Positions 47,860 through 61,600 of a stretch of 64,000 nt of DNA are shown here, piece after piece; the first letter of the stretch is position 1, and each line of letters starts with the position of its first letter. The translations under genes were made by a program, and so were the position numbers. The notes below the pieces were generated by a model. The model did no database searches and was not told the DNA's origin. It saw only the letters and a program-made list of their open reading frames with translations. Origin of the DNA: Heterodontus francisci (taxonomy: Eukaryota); assembly GCF_036365525.1 (NCBI RefSeq), contig NC_090399.1:51988430-52052429 (forward strand), given 5' to 3'.

Positions 47860-50800
47860 ATATCATTACAGCACAGAAGGAAGTAATTTGGCCTGTTATA
47901 TTTGCTAACTGTAAGAGTAACACAAATACAACAGCCCTGCCCTTTGCCCATAGTCCTGCAATTTCTTTTCAGGTTTGTGTCTGATTCCCTTTTGAAAACC
48001 ATGGTTGAATTTGCCTCCCCCACTTTCAGGCAGTGCATTCCAGATCTTAACCACTCTCTGTTAAATTTCCTCATCTGTTGGTTCTTTTGCTGTTAACTCA
48101 GTGTTGTCTATTTCTTGACCCTTCTGTTACTGAACACTTTCTCCCTACATACTCAGTCTAGACCTCATGATTTTGAACACCTCTGAAATTTCTCAACCTT
48201 CTCTTTAAGAAGCAATCCCAGCTTCTTCAATCTATTGACATAGTTGCGGTCCCTTATCCCTAGAACCATTCTCATAAAGCTCTGCTCTCTTTCCTAAAGT
48301 GTGGTGCCCAGAATTGGACACAATAGTCCAGTAGGGGCCAAAACTCTGTTTTCTCTGCCTCCATTTATAATGCTCAGGATCCAAGATACCTTTAATCAAA
48401 TCCTCAACCTTCCTTGCCACCTTCAAGGGTTTGTGCACATATACCCTGGCTTTCTGTTCCTGAACTTCCTTTAGAATGTAACCCTTTTTGTATTGCTGCT
48501 TTGTAAGAATTAAAGATGAATCATTTCACATTTCTCTGAAACTGGATCTGCCATACATTCACCCATTTCACTAGCTTGTCTACATCCTTGTGAAATCTAT
48601 CACTATCCTCCTCAGTTCCAACTTTTGTCACCTGCAAACCTTGGGTGTGCAGGCACATTCTAAATTAAGCTATTAATATAGATCAACAAAAGCAACAGTC
48701 CTTGTACTGACCCCTGCAGAACAAAACTATCTTCCTCCAGTCCAAAAAATCAACTGTTCACTACTGTTTCTTGTCCCTCAGCTAACTTCATATCTATGCT
48801 GGTCTGGCAGCATCTGGAGAGAAGCAGAGTTAGTGTTTCAGGTCTATGACCTTTCATCAGAATGGTCAAAAGTTAGAAATGTATCGGTTTTAAGCAAGTG
48901 AAGGGCTGGGGATGTACACAACAAAAGGGAAGGTGTGATAGGGTGGAAGAGATTAAATGACAAAGATCTTGAGGCTAATGGTTGTGGTGAAGGACAAAGT
49001 ATTCCAGAGTGTTATAATGGCAGAATAATGAAGCTTTGTCCAAATGCACAAATATGAAAAACCAAGTTTAAGGTGGGCACATGGTTTTTAAAAAAAAAAT
49101 GGCCAGTCATGCTCTAAAGTTGAACTGAGTCTAGCAGGCTGTCGAGTGCATAATCAGAAGTGCTGTTCCTCATGCTTGTGTTGATTGCTGGAACACTGCT
49201 GCAGGCCAAGAACTGGCTCACCCTGAACTGAAACTTCAATTTTCCTTCCAATTTCCACCCTTCTCTCCTTTTACATGGTCCATTTCTGACACTTTCCTTT
49301 CATCCCTCAATTTCTGGGATAGACTAATCATTATAAGCCCACTGACTCCCACAGCTACCTTGGCTACACTTCCCCTCTCCCTGCTTCCTGTAAGGACTCT
49401 ATTCCATTCTCCCAGTTTTTCTCTGCCACATCTGTTCTGATTATGCATCCTTCCACAAAAGTGCTTGACATGTCTCCTTTTTTCCTCAACCAAGGATTCC
49501 TTGGCACTGTGGTTGGCAGGGCCTTCAACTGTTTGACCTATTTCCTGCCCTCACCTCTTTACTGCCTCCCTCCAGAACTGTGACAGGGTTACCCTTGTCT
49601 TCACTTTCCAGCCCACCAGCCTCCATGTCCAAAGGATCATCCTGATATTTCCACTACCTCTAGCATGATGCCACTATCAAACACATCATCTCCCCTCCCC
49701 TGTCAGCATTCCAAAAGGATAATTCCCTCTGATACCCTGGTCCACTCCTCCATTGCCTCAACACTTCCCCTTCCCATGGTACCTTCCCATATGATTGCAG
49801 GAGGTGTAATACCAGCCCTTTTACCACCTCCCTCCTTACCATTCAAAGCCCCAAACACTCCTTTCAGATGAAGTAGTGATTTACCTGTACTTTCAATTTA
49901 GTATATTGTATTTGCTGATCACAATGCAGTCTCCTGTACATTGGGGAGACTGACCAGATTGGGTGACTGCTTTGCAGAACACTTCTGCTCAATCTGAAAG
50001 CATGACTCCAAGCTTCCAGTTGCTTGCCATTTCAATTCACCATCCTGCACTCATCCCCACATTTGTTCTTGACCTGTTATGTTCCAGTGAACATAATACA
50101 AGCTTGAGAAACAGCACCTCATCCAATTAGATACTCTACAGCCTTCTGGACTGAAGAGTTCAATAATTTCAAAGCATGTGAATTTTAATCATGTGACTAC
50201 CTTTAAACTTGGGTTTTCATGTTGGTTTTTGGACCGAGCTTGTTCATTATTCTCCCATTATAACACTCCCTGGGCTAATACTTTGTCTTTCATAACTGTT
50301 AGCATTCCCTTTGCCTCAAGACATCATTGTCACTTAATCTCTCCTACCCTCTGTCCTTTCACATGCTTATCTTTTGTTCTCTTCCCCATTTCTTCTTGCT
50401 TAAAACCTATTACATTTCTAACCTCTGCCAGGTCTGATGAAAGATCAGACCTGAAACATTGCTGCTCTCCATAGATGCTGCCAGTCCTGAGTATTTCCAG
50501 CATTTTCTATTTCCATTTGGTTTCCAGCATCTGCAGCATTTTGCTTTTTATATCCATGCCACTGTTGCTTTTACTCCATGGGCTTCAGCTTTGCTGGCAA
50601 GCCTAAGTGGCACTATCAAATGCCTTTTGAAAGTCCATGTACATCACATCAGCTGCCTGTTAACTCATCAAAAAACTCAATCTAGTTGAAGGCATTTGTC
50701 TTTAACAAATTCATGCTGGCTTTCCTTAATCTGCATTTGTCCAAATGACTTTTATCTAGGACAAAATTAACAGCTAAGGTTAAACTGACTGACCTGCTGC

Positions 50801-51600
50801 TGGAATTATTCTTGTACCCTTCTATGAACTGGGGTGTAATGTTTGCAATTTTCCAATCCTCTGGCACTGCCCCAGTTGGAGGATTGGAAGATTATGGTCA
50901 GTGCCTTTGCAATTTCCACTCTTGCATCCAGCCTATCTATACTTTGTCAACTTTTAGCCCATCCAATGTCTCAACTACCTCCTTTCACTTTGACTTGGCA
51001 GCAACATCTTCCTTAGTAAAGACAGATGTAAAGTACTCATTTAGTACTGCAGACATGCCCTTTGTCTCCATACCTAGCTCTCCTTTTGGTCCCTAATCAG
51101 CCTTGTTCCTCCTAACATTTTACTTTTGTATGCCTGAGACTGATTCCCTTTTAGCTGCCAGTCTGTTACAATCGTTGTCTCTTATTTTTTTTCCTTTCAC
51201 TTCCCCTCTGAACTTTCTATTCAGCCTGATTCTTGTATTATCAACCCAATAACTGTCATATGCACCATTTTTCTGCTTCATCTTGCATTCTCATTGTCGA
51301 GGGAGCTCCAGAGTTGTTTACCCTCCATTTCCCCCCACCCCCCTGAAGAATGTAGCTTGACTGTACCTGAACCATCTCCTCTTTAAAGGCAGCCCATTCA
51401 TTGATGTTTTGGTTGCCACTTTTTTGATTCCAATTTCTGGGCCAGATAATTTCTTGCCCCACTGAAATTGGCCGCCTTCCAATTAAGTAGTTTTACCCAA
51501 GATTGCTCCTTGTCCTTGCCATGGCTCACATAAACATTATACTATGATTCTGTTCCCTAAATGTTCCACTTGACTCATTCATTCCCCAAGTCCAGGAATA
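47860..51600 (-). mobile_element. Old CR1 (47860-48799 and 50550-51600) split by a Penelope insertion
   Basis: MPEDWKIANITP and other CR1 motifs on -. Confidence 0.7.
48800..50549. mobile_element. Penelope-like element with an inverted terminal segment (48800-~49230 minus, ~49235-50549 plus)
   Basis: Penelope terminal motifs in opposite orientations; flanks ATATCTATGC and ATATCCATGC. Confidence 0.7.
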
Positions 51601-53186
51601 CCCCTTGTTGGGTCAGAACTATACTGATCAAGAAAATTCTCCTGAACACATCAGAAACTTTCCCCTCCCCACTCTGCCCTTTTACAATTGACTTGCTCTC
51701 AGTGATCAGTCCAGCTTCAAAAGGCAGAGATCAATTTTCAGTGCATTTGTATAGTGCACACATGATGCATTTGTATAGTGCTTTTAATGTGAAACATTGA
51801 ACTAATGTTACAATAAAACCTGAACAACTTTAAAATGTTAGCTTGGAAAATGTCTCAATGGAGGATGATCTGGTTCACAATTGATGTAAACATTCATCTG
51901 ACTGGACTATTTCAAATGTTCTTTCCCTGCTCTACTCCACCAAAACAACCCATTACTCCAGGACTAAACTGTAGAGGAGAAAAATCCCACTACCAACTGT
52001 CTCCATTAGCCTTTCACCTGCTCCCTCCATCCCCTGACAAATGCTTGTGGGCTTCTCCAAGATTAAGCATTGATTCTCTTTCATCTCCAGTAGTCTTGAA
52101 ATTTGTCTCCAGCTTCTTTCATTTCTCCTTGTGCCCTGAGCTTGTGCATGACTGACCTCTGCTCCCTTGTCCCCACTAAACTGCTCACATGCAACTTCCT
52201 TTCCTGGACCTATGCTGGTAGACATTGTAATGGTTCCTTCTCCTCCCTCCCATTTGATAAGAATGGGGACAATACCTGCCACCCCTCTATCAACTAAGTG
52301 CCCTAACTCTGTCCTTTTTAAATGTGTTGCCTCCAAATCTATGCAAAACTTTCCTACAACTCCACATTTGAATCTCCTTTTTCCATCACAGCTAACAAAA
52401 GTCACAATTACATATTGTAGCTGTGGTCCACTATCCTTCCTTGACCTATCTGCAGCTTTTGACAGTCAACTTCATCCTCCTCCAACACCTCTCTCCAGAT
52501 TTCCAACACTGGGACTGCACTGCCTGTTTTATTCTATCATCTGATCACAGCTGAAGCATCTCTACCAATGAGCCCATTACTACTGCCCCAGTTATCTTGA
52601 TTGATTGTGTTGATCCATCATGCATCCTATCCTCTGCATCAGCAGTCATTGAGCCAGCTTCCAAATGGTGTTAAATGCTGGGGTGGTGAAGAATAATCAC
52701 TCACTCAGTAAGGGACCTCCACTCATCACCATTAACAAATTAAGTGCTAGCTGTCCTGGGTCTGAAATTGCTGGGCTGGGTGGATATAAACATTCTAGTG
52801 TTAGTGACAAACCTTGGGTATGGGATATTTCTGTTGGGAGATTTTTATTCCATCATAACATAGAAGGCCATTTGGCTGATCAAGTCTGTGCCAGCACTCC
52901 AGTTAATCCCACTCCCTGGCTTTCCCTATATTTTTCCAATTCCCTTTTTAAAGGCTACTATTTTTCCCCACTCTAACGGGCAGTACATTCCCAATCCTAA
53001 CCACTTGTTACATAGTTTTTCCTCATGTCATCTCTGGCTCTTCTGCTAATCATAAATCTGTTCTCTCTGGTTACTGATCCTTCAGCCATGGAAATGAGTT
53101 TAGATGCTCTTATTTACCTTCATAATTAAACACAGCAAATTTTCTCTTGGCATTCTGAGGCTACATAAGGAAATTATTTTTTTAGG

Positions 53187-53202
53187 TGGCACCTCTAGTG
53201 GT
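53187..53202 (-). promoter_or_regulatory. Candidate CTCF site
   Basis: Minus strand ACCACTAGAGGTGCCA matches the CCACTAGAGG core. Confidence 0.4.
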
Positions 53203-54012
53203 GGAGAGTGTTAATGTTTAAGTGGATGGGGTGCCAATCAAGTAGGCAACTTTGTACTGGACTTTTTGCTGCATCCTACTCTAAGTATAATTGCAGGGAG
53301 CTCTGGCTTTGGTTGCTGTCACTTCCCCTGTGGAAGTGTACTTGGACTGGCAACTTTTTTAAAAGTTGCCCATTGCTCATCTACACTTCTACTTGCCAGT
53401 CTTTAAGCTCTAAACAAGGAATCTTCAGGGATGGGGGTGGAGGAGGGAAGTGTTTATCCCTTGGGACCTCCACTGAGCTGGAACTGGTGTAATGACAGTC
53501 AATCTTGCTAAATGTCATTCACTGAAGATGAGATTTCCTTTTTGCTTCAGACTTTATTCTGTCATCTTGACTTTACAGATCCTGTCCTTCATGTGCTATC
53601 TGACCCTTGAACCCCCAGGTCAGATGAGCTAATTAGTACAGCATACACAATCAGTCATAACTTTTTAGACTTGTAATTTTTTTCTGGCATTACACATGCA
53701 TGCACATTCAATCCAATCCTTGCATCTTTGGTCTGACATTTGTCTCCCTGCCATCTCACTATTTTCCCTGGACTTGAGGGTGTCCACTTCCTTTCATGAG
53801 CCTTCATTTGTGCCACTGAACTGCAAACTGTCAACCTGCTGTCAAATTCTGGAGTCTGATTCCTGATCTGGTACCTCATCAGTCCCTGCTGCCATCTGAA
53901 CCTCCATGTCAAACTGCTATTTGCTGTTCTTGATCTGGAATCCGATTTAGTTCACTCTGGGTTCTGCATTGCATCTGATACTGATATTTCTTAACACATG
54001 ATTTTATTTCTG

Positions 54013-54026
54013 TCGCCACCTTCTGG
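54013..54026 (-). promoter_or_regulatory. Candidate CTCF site
   Basis: Minus strand CCAGAAGGTGGCGA, one mismatch to CCASYAGRKGGCR. Confidence 0.4.
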
Positions 54027-54797
54027 TGATCTGTCACCTTATTTCTAGTGTTGGAAGTAACATGTAACTCAAGAATTGTTCAGCCTCATCTAGCCAGCAC
54101 CATCTGTCATGTCCCATTTCAGGCATGTCCTCTGAACATTGGACTCTATTCAGCATAGAATCTTCAACTTTTTCCATCCAAAAATAAATTGGACAAGATG
54201 CTGCAAAGATGGCTGCCAAAAGTCAATGACCTGACCTGTGCATTAAACTGTCAAGAATACATTCTAGTGTAATGTCATCAACACTTATCCTAGAACCATC
54301 AGGACATTCCTGAATTGAATGAGTTTCTTTAACAGAAGTGATTGGTTTAACCCACTCCAACCCCCAGGGTAAATGACTTGCAATAAACCACAATGTGGCT
54401 CATCAACCTATGACCACCCATTTTTGGAAAAGGAACTCTATGCACATAGTAGGATAGCCATGTTTGTCTCCTTTGTAGTCTTTAAAATACTGACTGCAAA
54501 GAAACAGCAACAGACAAGGCAGTACCATCTGTGACTTAAGAACTAGAGGCTGTACCTTTTGTATTTTCTCCAAGCCTGCACCATTTCAGGTCCACCAATA
54601 CAGTAAACTGACCTCCTGGCAATGAATGCAAACAACCATCTTCATGACCTGCTGAAAGTCCACCACTTCAAGAGAATCCTGAAAACCACATTGGCATATG
54701 ACCTTTTGGCTGTTGAACTTGCCTAAACTACACTTCTACACTGCCTGCAATGTTTCCAGAACAAGGATCACATTGCAAACTATTCTTGTTTTTGACA

Positions 54798-57403
54798 TGT
54801 CATGAAAACCATATATAACTAAGGGGAAATATTAATTCATCAAGTCAAATTTTACATTAGACTTTTAATAAAATCCTGCAAGTAACTGGCCACCACAAGT
54901 TTGCATTTGAAACACCAAACTGGAGACATCAAATCTCACCCAGCTTAGCACAAACAATGGGGTGCTCTGATTTAAATTACCTAGAATGGCCTTAACATGG
55001 TCATAAAAGCCATCTACACCCATTTTCTTTGAAAGCCAACCCCTTCCAAGTGTGACAGGACATCTTGAGGCATGTAGCACCTTGAATCTGAAGATTCCAG
55101 AAGAAACCTCATTAAAGGGCATTGATAGTTGAGTGCCTGCACAGCTGTAGAGTAAGCTGTGTCTCAGATCAGCCAACAAAGCAGGTCTCTCCAGAAAGTA
55201 TCAGATTCAGCTGTGACTGGAAACACTCTCAAACCTATAGACTGCCACAGCTAACAACCAGGGGACAAGAAGCAACACTTTCTCCTCCCAGGAGCCCTAA
55301 GCAAAGCAAGTCCACTACTATGCACATGGCCCAGCAAGAACTTCAGGAATGCAATTTTAGCTGACTACTATTGGACTTGCTGATTATATTGAAGTTCCAT
55401 TTATTCTGGACTTTAATCCAACCACCAAATCTGTTTTCCCTCCAATCTATTTTTAAGACTTGTGTGAATGTGTAGTGTTTAGTATTGAGTAATAAACTTG
55501 CATCTATCTTAAACTCAAACCTGTCTGGTTCTTTTGCAGTTACATTAGAGGAACTGGAGCAAGCACTGAGGTGGTAAGCTGTTAAAGAATAAACCCTGTT
55601 GCAATCAAATCAGAAGGGGAGCCTGAGACCCTTGCATCTGGCCATAACACAAATTTGGGGGCATCATCCAGATTGTAACTGAGATGAGAAATTGGAAGTG
55701 GGGAAATAAAATTGATCTCCAAAAAAAACTTCAGGTTTTCTTCTGGCTTTTGCTGCTGGAGTAATGCCTGCATCCAAGGCCAGTACCTTCCCAAGCCAGG
55801 GTTAAGTAGCTTAGGGCCTTGAACTTTTCTCCCATCTTCCATAGATGGGATTTGTAGCTGGGCAGTTTGAGACTACTCCCTGTACAAAAGCTAAGACATC
55901 TGAAATCTTAAGACTTGTGGCCAACCATTCTTCACTTGAACTTGAAAATTCAAACTGGGTTGGAGTCAGATTCACAGGGTAATGTTAGCTAAAATATAAG
56001 AGGAAACTCAAATTGGAATTCTGGGGAAAGAGGGAGCACAATCTAGAAGGAAAAAGCTAAGGTGGTTTGAATTAGCTGGGGGGTGACAATAGCTAGTGGG
56101 GAAGCTACCCTTAGCTCAAGGCTGTGTGCTGAGCTCAAAGTTCTCCCAGTTGATTCCAAAATTCAATGAGGAAGATGTGGAAGCATATTTCACTTTTCAA
56201 AAGCTGAACAGTTGAAATGACAAGTTGAGAGCTGGACCATGTTACAAAGCAAGCTAACTGGAAAAGCCCATGCAGTTTATTCCACTGCCAGATGGAAGTT
56301 CATCAGATTATGAACTGACTAAAATTGCAATCCTTGGCATGAGCTAGTATTGGAAGCATACTGCCAGAAATTCCGAAGCAGTCTGATCAAACTTGCCTCT
56401 AGTTTGAAGTCAGCAGCTGGCTTTTGACCAGTAGCTAAGGGTCCTTAAAGTACAACCAACAGATGAAAACTTCAGGTGATTGTTCTGAATTTAAAAAAAC
56501 ACTCCCTTTTCTATTTAAAACTTACATAGAACAAAAGATTCAAAGAGCCAGGCAGGTTGTGGTGCTGACTGATGAATTTACACTTGTACATTCTCACCCC
56601 AAGGAAAACCCTTGTCACCCCCACAAACCAAAAAAGATAAAAGGTGGGAGGGTGATAGGAGCCCAAACAGCCCTGGATGAGATTGGAAAGCTGGATGCAC
56701 AGGGGGCCCTCAAGAGTAAATGTGCTGAGCTGGAGGGAGATCAGAGATTGATGTTTCCACTAACAAGGCAGGTCACCTCTGAGCTGATTGCTGGAATTGC
56801 AGGGAAAGTCTGTAGGATTAATCAGGACACCAGACCAGTGCAGGGGAAGGGGCCCTGATTGAAGACCAAGCAGTACAGGCTGTGACTTTAACAGCAGTAA
56901 GACCCAGAAAACATAACTGCTGTGGGTGCAGGAATATTTAATGAGATCCCTGAAGGCTATCAGGATTTTCTATCCCAAGGGAGAGTAACCCCCATGCCCC
57001 TAAAGTGATGCAAGCAAGTCCATTGTTATAACTCAAATACAGGGGCCACCAGATCCCTTCTGGGGAAAAGGCATGACCTTCCTTTAGTTCAGTGAGTGCA
57101 AGTGTTAATGAATGGTATTGGAAGGCAGGGTCTGCCCATACCTATATATCAGGTGCTCTTGGAGTACAGCCCAGTTTCTGGAGTGGTGAATTGTCCCTAG
57201 TTTACCTGTGGATGGGGTCAACCTGCTCCTGGGTAATCTGGTGGGGGCAAAGGGAGTAGCTCCCCAGTAGTGGAGAGTGAAGGATTTCAGATGGTGCCCT
57301 GGTTGTGCTGCAGGCAGATGACCCTACTGTCTGGTTGTCTGAACTCTTCCTTAGATTTAGAGGACCCAAGGAATGGGTTAAACAAACCTTCCCTCGTTGA
57401 GGC
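54798..57403 (+). mobile_element. Third Gmr1-like element (5' LTR 54798-55649, PBS-Pro ~55655-55673, decayed gag and PR), interrupted by the ERV
   Basis: TGTCATG...CATAACA; TGGGGGCATCATCCAGAT; gag homologous to the reverse complement of 36100-37900. Confidence 0.8.
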
Positions 57404-57879
57404 TGTTGGATCCCATTAGTTGCACGAAGACTAAGTCTGACTGTAGCTTTAAGAAACTTTATTGCAGTATGAAATAGTTACATCAGCAAAGCGAACAACT
57501 CCTGGGCTCTCCTCTCTTCTCTCTTCCTCCTTCTCTCCTGCCTGAGCAGTGAAAATCAAGCCCTTCATATAGTTCATACACATCAGTGACAGCCACTTTG
57601 TTCCCAATTGGTTTGCAAACTTTGCAGGTTCTTGGTGTCATGGCCTGATTGGGGTACTGCTTTGTCAATTTGTCTCACCACCTTATTCTAGCAGTTTCTC
57701 ATCGTCCTATCTCCTTGAACTGTTGGGCTGATAAACAATGGGTTATTAAAGTCTGCAGCTGTTCTGTTAGTTTCTGCTTCTACTGATGAGCTGTCTGTAC
57801 AGCACTGAAGTTACTTTATTATTTCTGATAAGCTTGAGCTGCAGCTCACTTTAAATGTTCCCATTGTTCTGTCCCCACA
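57404..57879 (-). mobile_element. 3' LTR of the endogenous retrovirus
   Basis: Minus strand: PPT AAAGGGGAG then TGTGGGG...TCCAACA; CCAAT boxes (~57608, 57645), TATA-like TATATGAA (~57565), AATAAA (57458-57463). Confidence 0.85.
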
Positions 57880-58016
57880 GACTCCCCTTTGATTCTTCAA
57901 ACACTTTTAAGAATCATTTCCCTTGATCCCACCTAGGTGTCTTTAATGGTCTCTTTTTGTCGAGAAACAGCCTTCAACACCCGAAGGGGTCACACTCAAT
58001 ATGTTGCCTGCTTGTG

Positions 58017-58616
58017 CTACAGGAGGGGCCCGCGGGGGCTCTGTAAAGGCATAAGTTTTGCAGGGGCTTCATTTACTTGTTTACAACAACACTTAAGCAA
58101 AAACATCAAATACAGAATTACAATCATCACTAAAAACACCAAACCCTGTACCACTGAGGTCCCTATTGAGCCCAACCAACTGGGTGCCCAACTCCATAAG
58201 GTGTGTTGGGGGTTGTTTTAGCTTTTTCACTTCCTTTCAGATGTGTTCTGCCAGATTAAAGATTTCTTTGGAGCTATTGGGACCAGAATGCTGCACCTAC
58301 ATTCTGATCAGGACACATGTACCCACCCCCTGCCTTTCTGCTAGGAAAGAATCTAAGGCCATTCAGTTCTGGAGTCCTACTGTGTGGATAGCTACCAACT
58401 GGCACGTGTGCACATACCCAACAGCTGGAGAGGTTAGCTTCTTTGGTATATGTATAGGTCATATAAAGGAGAGTTAACATGTAATTCCCTGGACACTTGA
58501 TTAGTTCCCCCATGTGGACAAGTTTGGTTAGTCAAAAGTGAGCGACTACTTAAAATACATGCAAAGAAGATAATAAAAATTCTGAACATAGCAGCAATTA
58601 ATTGGCATTCAATCAC
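58017..58616 (-). pseudogene. env: ERV env remnant (gamma-type SU start fused to the TM anchor; large internal deletion)
   Basis: Signal MFRIFIIFFACIL; ANLSSCWVCAHVP; then LWSWAPSWLGSIGTSVVQGLVFLVMIVILYLMFLLKCCCK. Confidence 0.8.
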
Positions 58617-61600
58617 AGGTCGCTCATTTTATGTGAGGCGTGTAACCAGGCTTTCTTTCCTTCCACCTTAACTGCTGACTGGGTGGTCAGTAGCACTTGG
58701 AAAGGTCCCTCACACTTGGCGCCCAAAGGTTCTTTGTGTATTTTCTTCACGTAGACCCAGATTCCTGGGACGATGTCGTGCCCTCCTTCTGGGTCACCCC
58801 AGGCTGCCAATACCTGTAAGGAAGCAGAACTGATGGAGTTTGTTAGGTTCTGGCTATATTCTAGTAAAGCATCGCTCATCAGGTGACTATCAGCTTTTCG
58901 CAGATCAATTGTTCCTGGTAAAGACATGGGGCTCTGTTATTTCAAATGGGCTCAGGCCTGTAGTTCTGTTTGGGGTCGTTCTGATACTACACAGAACTAT
59001 CGGCAATCCCTGAGGCCACTTTATTCCTTCCTGGTGATACTTGGATAGTCGCTGCTTTAGAGTCTGATTCATTCGTTCCACTTGGTCTGATGACTGGGGA
59101 TGATGAGGACAATGTAAATCCCACGTAATGTTCAGTAGTCAACTGATTTCCTGACACTGCCTGTGAAATGAGTTCCTTGGTCAGTCGTTGCTGACCAGTA
59201 CTCCCCATCTGGGGATGTAATCCTTACACAGAACCTGAGCGGTGTGGTTGGCTGTGGCTCTTCTGGCTGGGATGCCCTCTACCCATCTAGAAAATTTGTC
59301 AACGATGACTAAAATGCCAGTGTATCCCTGGCAAGGTGGGAGAGTGATATAGTCGACTTGTAAGCACTGGAATGGGCTGGCTGGAGCAGGGGCTTTTAGT
59401 TGAGGCATCATCATGGTGGGTCCTGGATTGTTTCTCTGACAGACCACACAGCAGTCAGCTACCAGCTGTGTGTTTTTTGAACCCTTGGCCCCACCGGCTT
59501 TTCTGGAACCGTGTGGTCATCTGTTGCGGGGCTAGGTGTGAATTTGTTGGGCTAAAAAGGGCATCAGCGCCTGTGGTGCGACAGGTTTCTCAGTGTCCTT
59601 TTTGTCTCCAGATGCTGTCGCCACATATCTTCATCCCTGCTTCTATCCAGATCCATTTTTCATCTTTGGAACATTCACTCTGCATCACTTGTCGGTCTTG
59701 TCAGATGGGACGCATTCAGTTTACATATTTTGTGTCTGGGGGATCACCCTGTGAGGCGGCTGCCTTGTCAGCCAGGGCATTCCCCTTTGCCTCTATGGTG
59801 TTTCATGTGGGCTTTCTATTTCAAGATAGATACCTTTTGTGGCAATTGCATGGCCTCCAGTACGTCTCTGACCTCTTTCCCATTTCAAATAGGTGTACCA
59901 GCAGCAGTGAGAAATCCTCTTTTGCGCCACAGCTGACCAAAGTCATGAGAAACTCCAAAAGCATACTGTGAGTCTGTGTAAATATTAGCTGTCTTCCCCT
60001 CTGCTATTCGACATGCTTCTGACAGGGCTCACAGGTCGGCTTGTTGGGCTGATGTCCCTGAAGGCAGGCATCCCACTTCACAACTTCATGTAAGGTTGTA
60101 ACTGCCCATCCTGCTTTCTGTGTACTGTTATCAACAAAGGATGAGCTGTCTGTGAATAGGATTAAATCTGGGTTGAGCAATGCTTCCTATGCCATTAGGG
60201 TTACCTCCTCTGTTTCTTCCATAGTCTCCACACAATAATGTTTTTCCGTCTCTTCAGGCCATGGGAGCATAGTCGCCGGATTTACCGGGCTGGCCTGGAC
60301 AATGTGGAGATTGGGAGCCTCTAGGACTGTTGTCCATTGGGTCCATCTGGCTGCTGTCACTTGGGATAGTCTGTTCATAGCAGTGTGCGGACACTTAACG
60401 GTTAACTTTTGATCTAATACTAGACCTGCAGTAGCCATCACCACTTGGCATGTAGCTTTCTTAGCTCTTAAACAACCATCCCATCCTAGGGTGACTGTCC
60501 AGTTTTTTTGAATAGTATCCAATAGGGTGGCGCAGTGGTTAGCACCACAGCCTCACAGCTCCAGCGACCCGGGTTCAATTCTGGGCACTGCCTGTGGAGT
60601 TTGCAAGTTCTCCGTGTCTGTGGGTTTCCTCTGGGTGCTCCGGTTTCCTCCCACATGCCAAAAGACTTGCAGGTTGATGGGTTAATTGGGCATTATAAAT
60701 TGCCCCTAGTATAGGTAGGTGGTAGGGAAATATAGGGACAGGTGTGGTGGGAATATGGGATTAGTGTAGCATTAGTATAAATGGGTAGTTGGTCGGCACA
60801 GACTCGGTGGGCCGAAGGGCCTGTTTCAGTGCTGTATCTCTAAACTAAACTCAAACTCTGGTCTCTGTTTGTCCCCGTGCTCCTGTGTCAGTATGGCAGT
60901 CATATATCCCTCTTTTTTTCGTGTACAAACAGGGTAAATGGTTTCCTGTTGGGGATTCCCAGGGCTGGCGCTGAGCACAAAGCCCTCTAAGTTTTTGAAA
61001 GCTTCTTGTTCTTTGGTTAGGGTAACTGATTCTTTAGAGGCCCACTTTCCCTTCAAGAGATTGGTTAATGGTCGAGTCAGCTGGGTGTAGGAGTTGATCC
61101 AGTTTCTGTTGAAGTTACACAAACCCAAAAAGGACTTAAGCTCCTGGATAGTGGTGGGCAGTTTGGCAGCTCGAATGGCGTCGGTCCTGTCCTGTCCTGG
61201 GTGAGTTCTCTCCTTCCTTTTGCAATCTTTTGTCCCAGGTACATGACCTCTCCTTCTGCTATCTGTGCTTTGTCAATACTGGCTTTGTGTCCTCTCTGAT
61301 GAAGGTGGTTCAGCAGGGTACGCAGATCTTGTTCGTGCTGTTCTTCTGTCTCAGAGGCTAACAGAATGTCGTCCATGTACTGAATGACCATGGAGTACAT
61401 GGAAGGTAACTCCCTCAAATGGTTTTGTAGGGCCATATGAAATACCGTGGGGCTGTTGTGGAAACCCTGTGGCAGGCAAGTCCAGGTGTACTGTTGTATG
61501 GTAAAGGTGAACCACAGTTGAACCTTGGGTGCCAGTGGCACCGACCAAAATCTGTTGGCTATATCGATAACAGAGAACCATTTGTGTTCTGGCTTCAGGG

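Noticed and set aside
53535-53620. Acceptor-like sites as class II beta exon 2
   Set aside because: Phase-1 reading hits TGA within about 7-11 codons and no beta-1 domain motifs are present.
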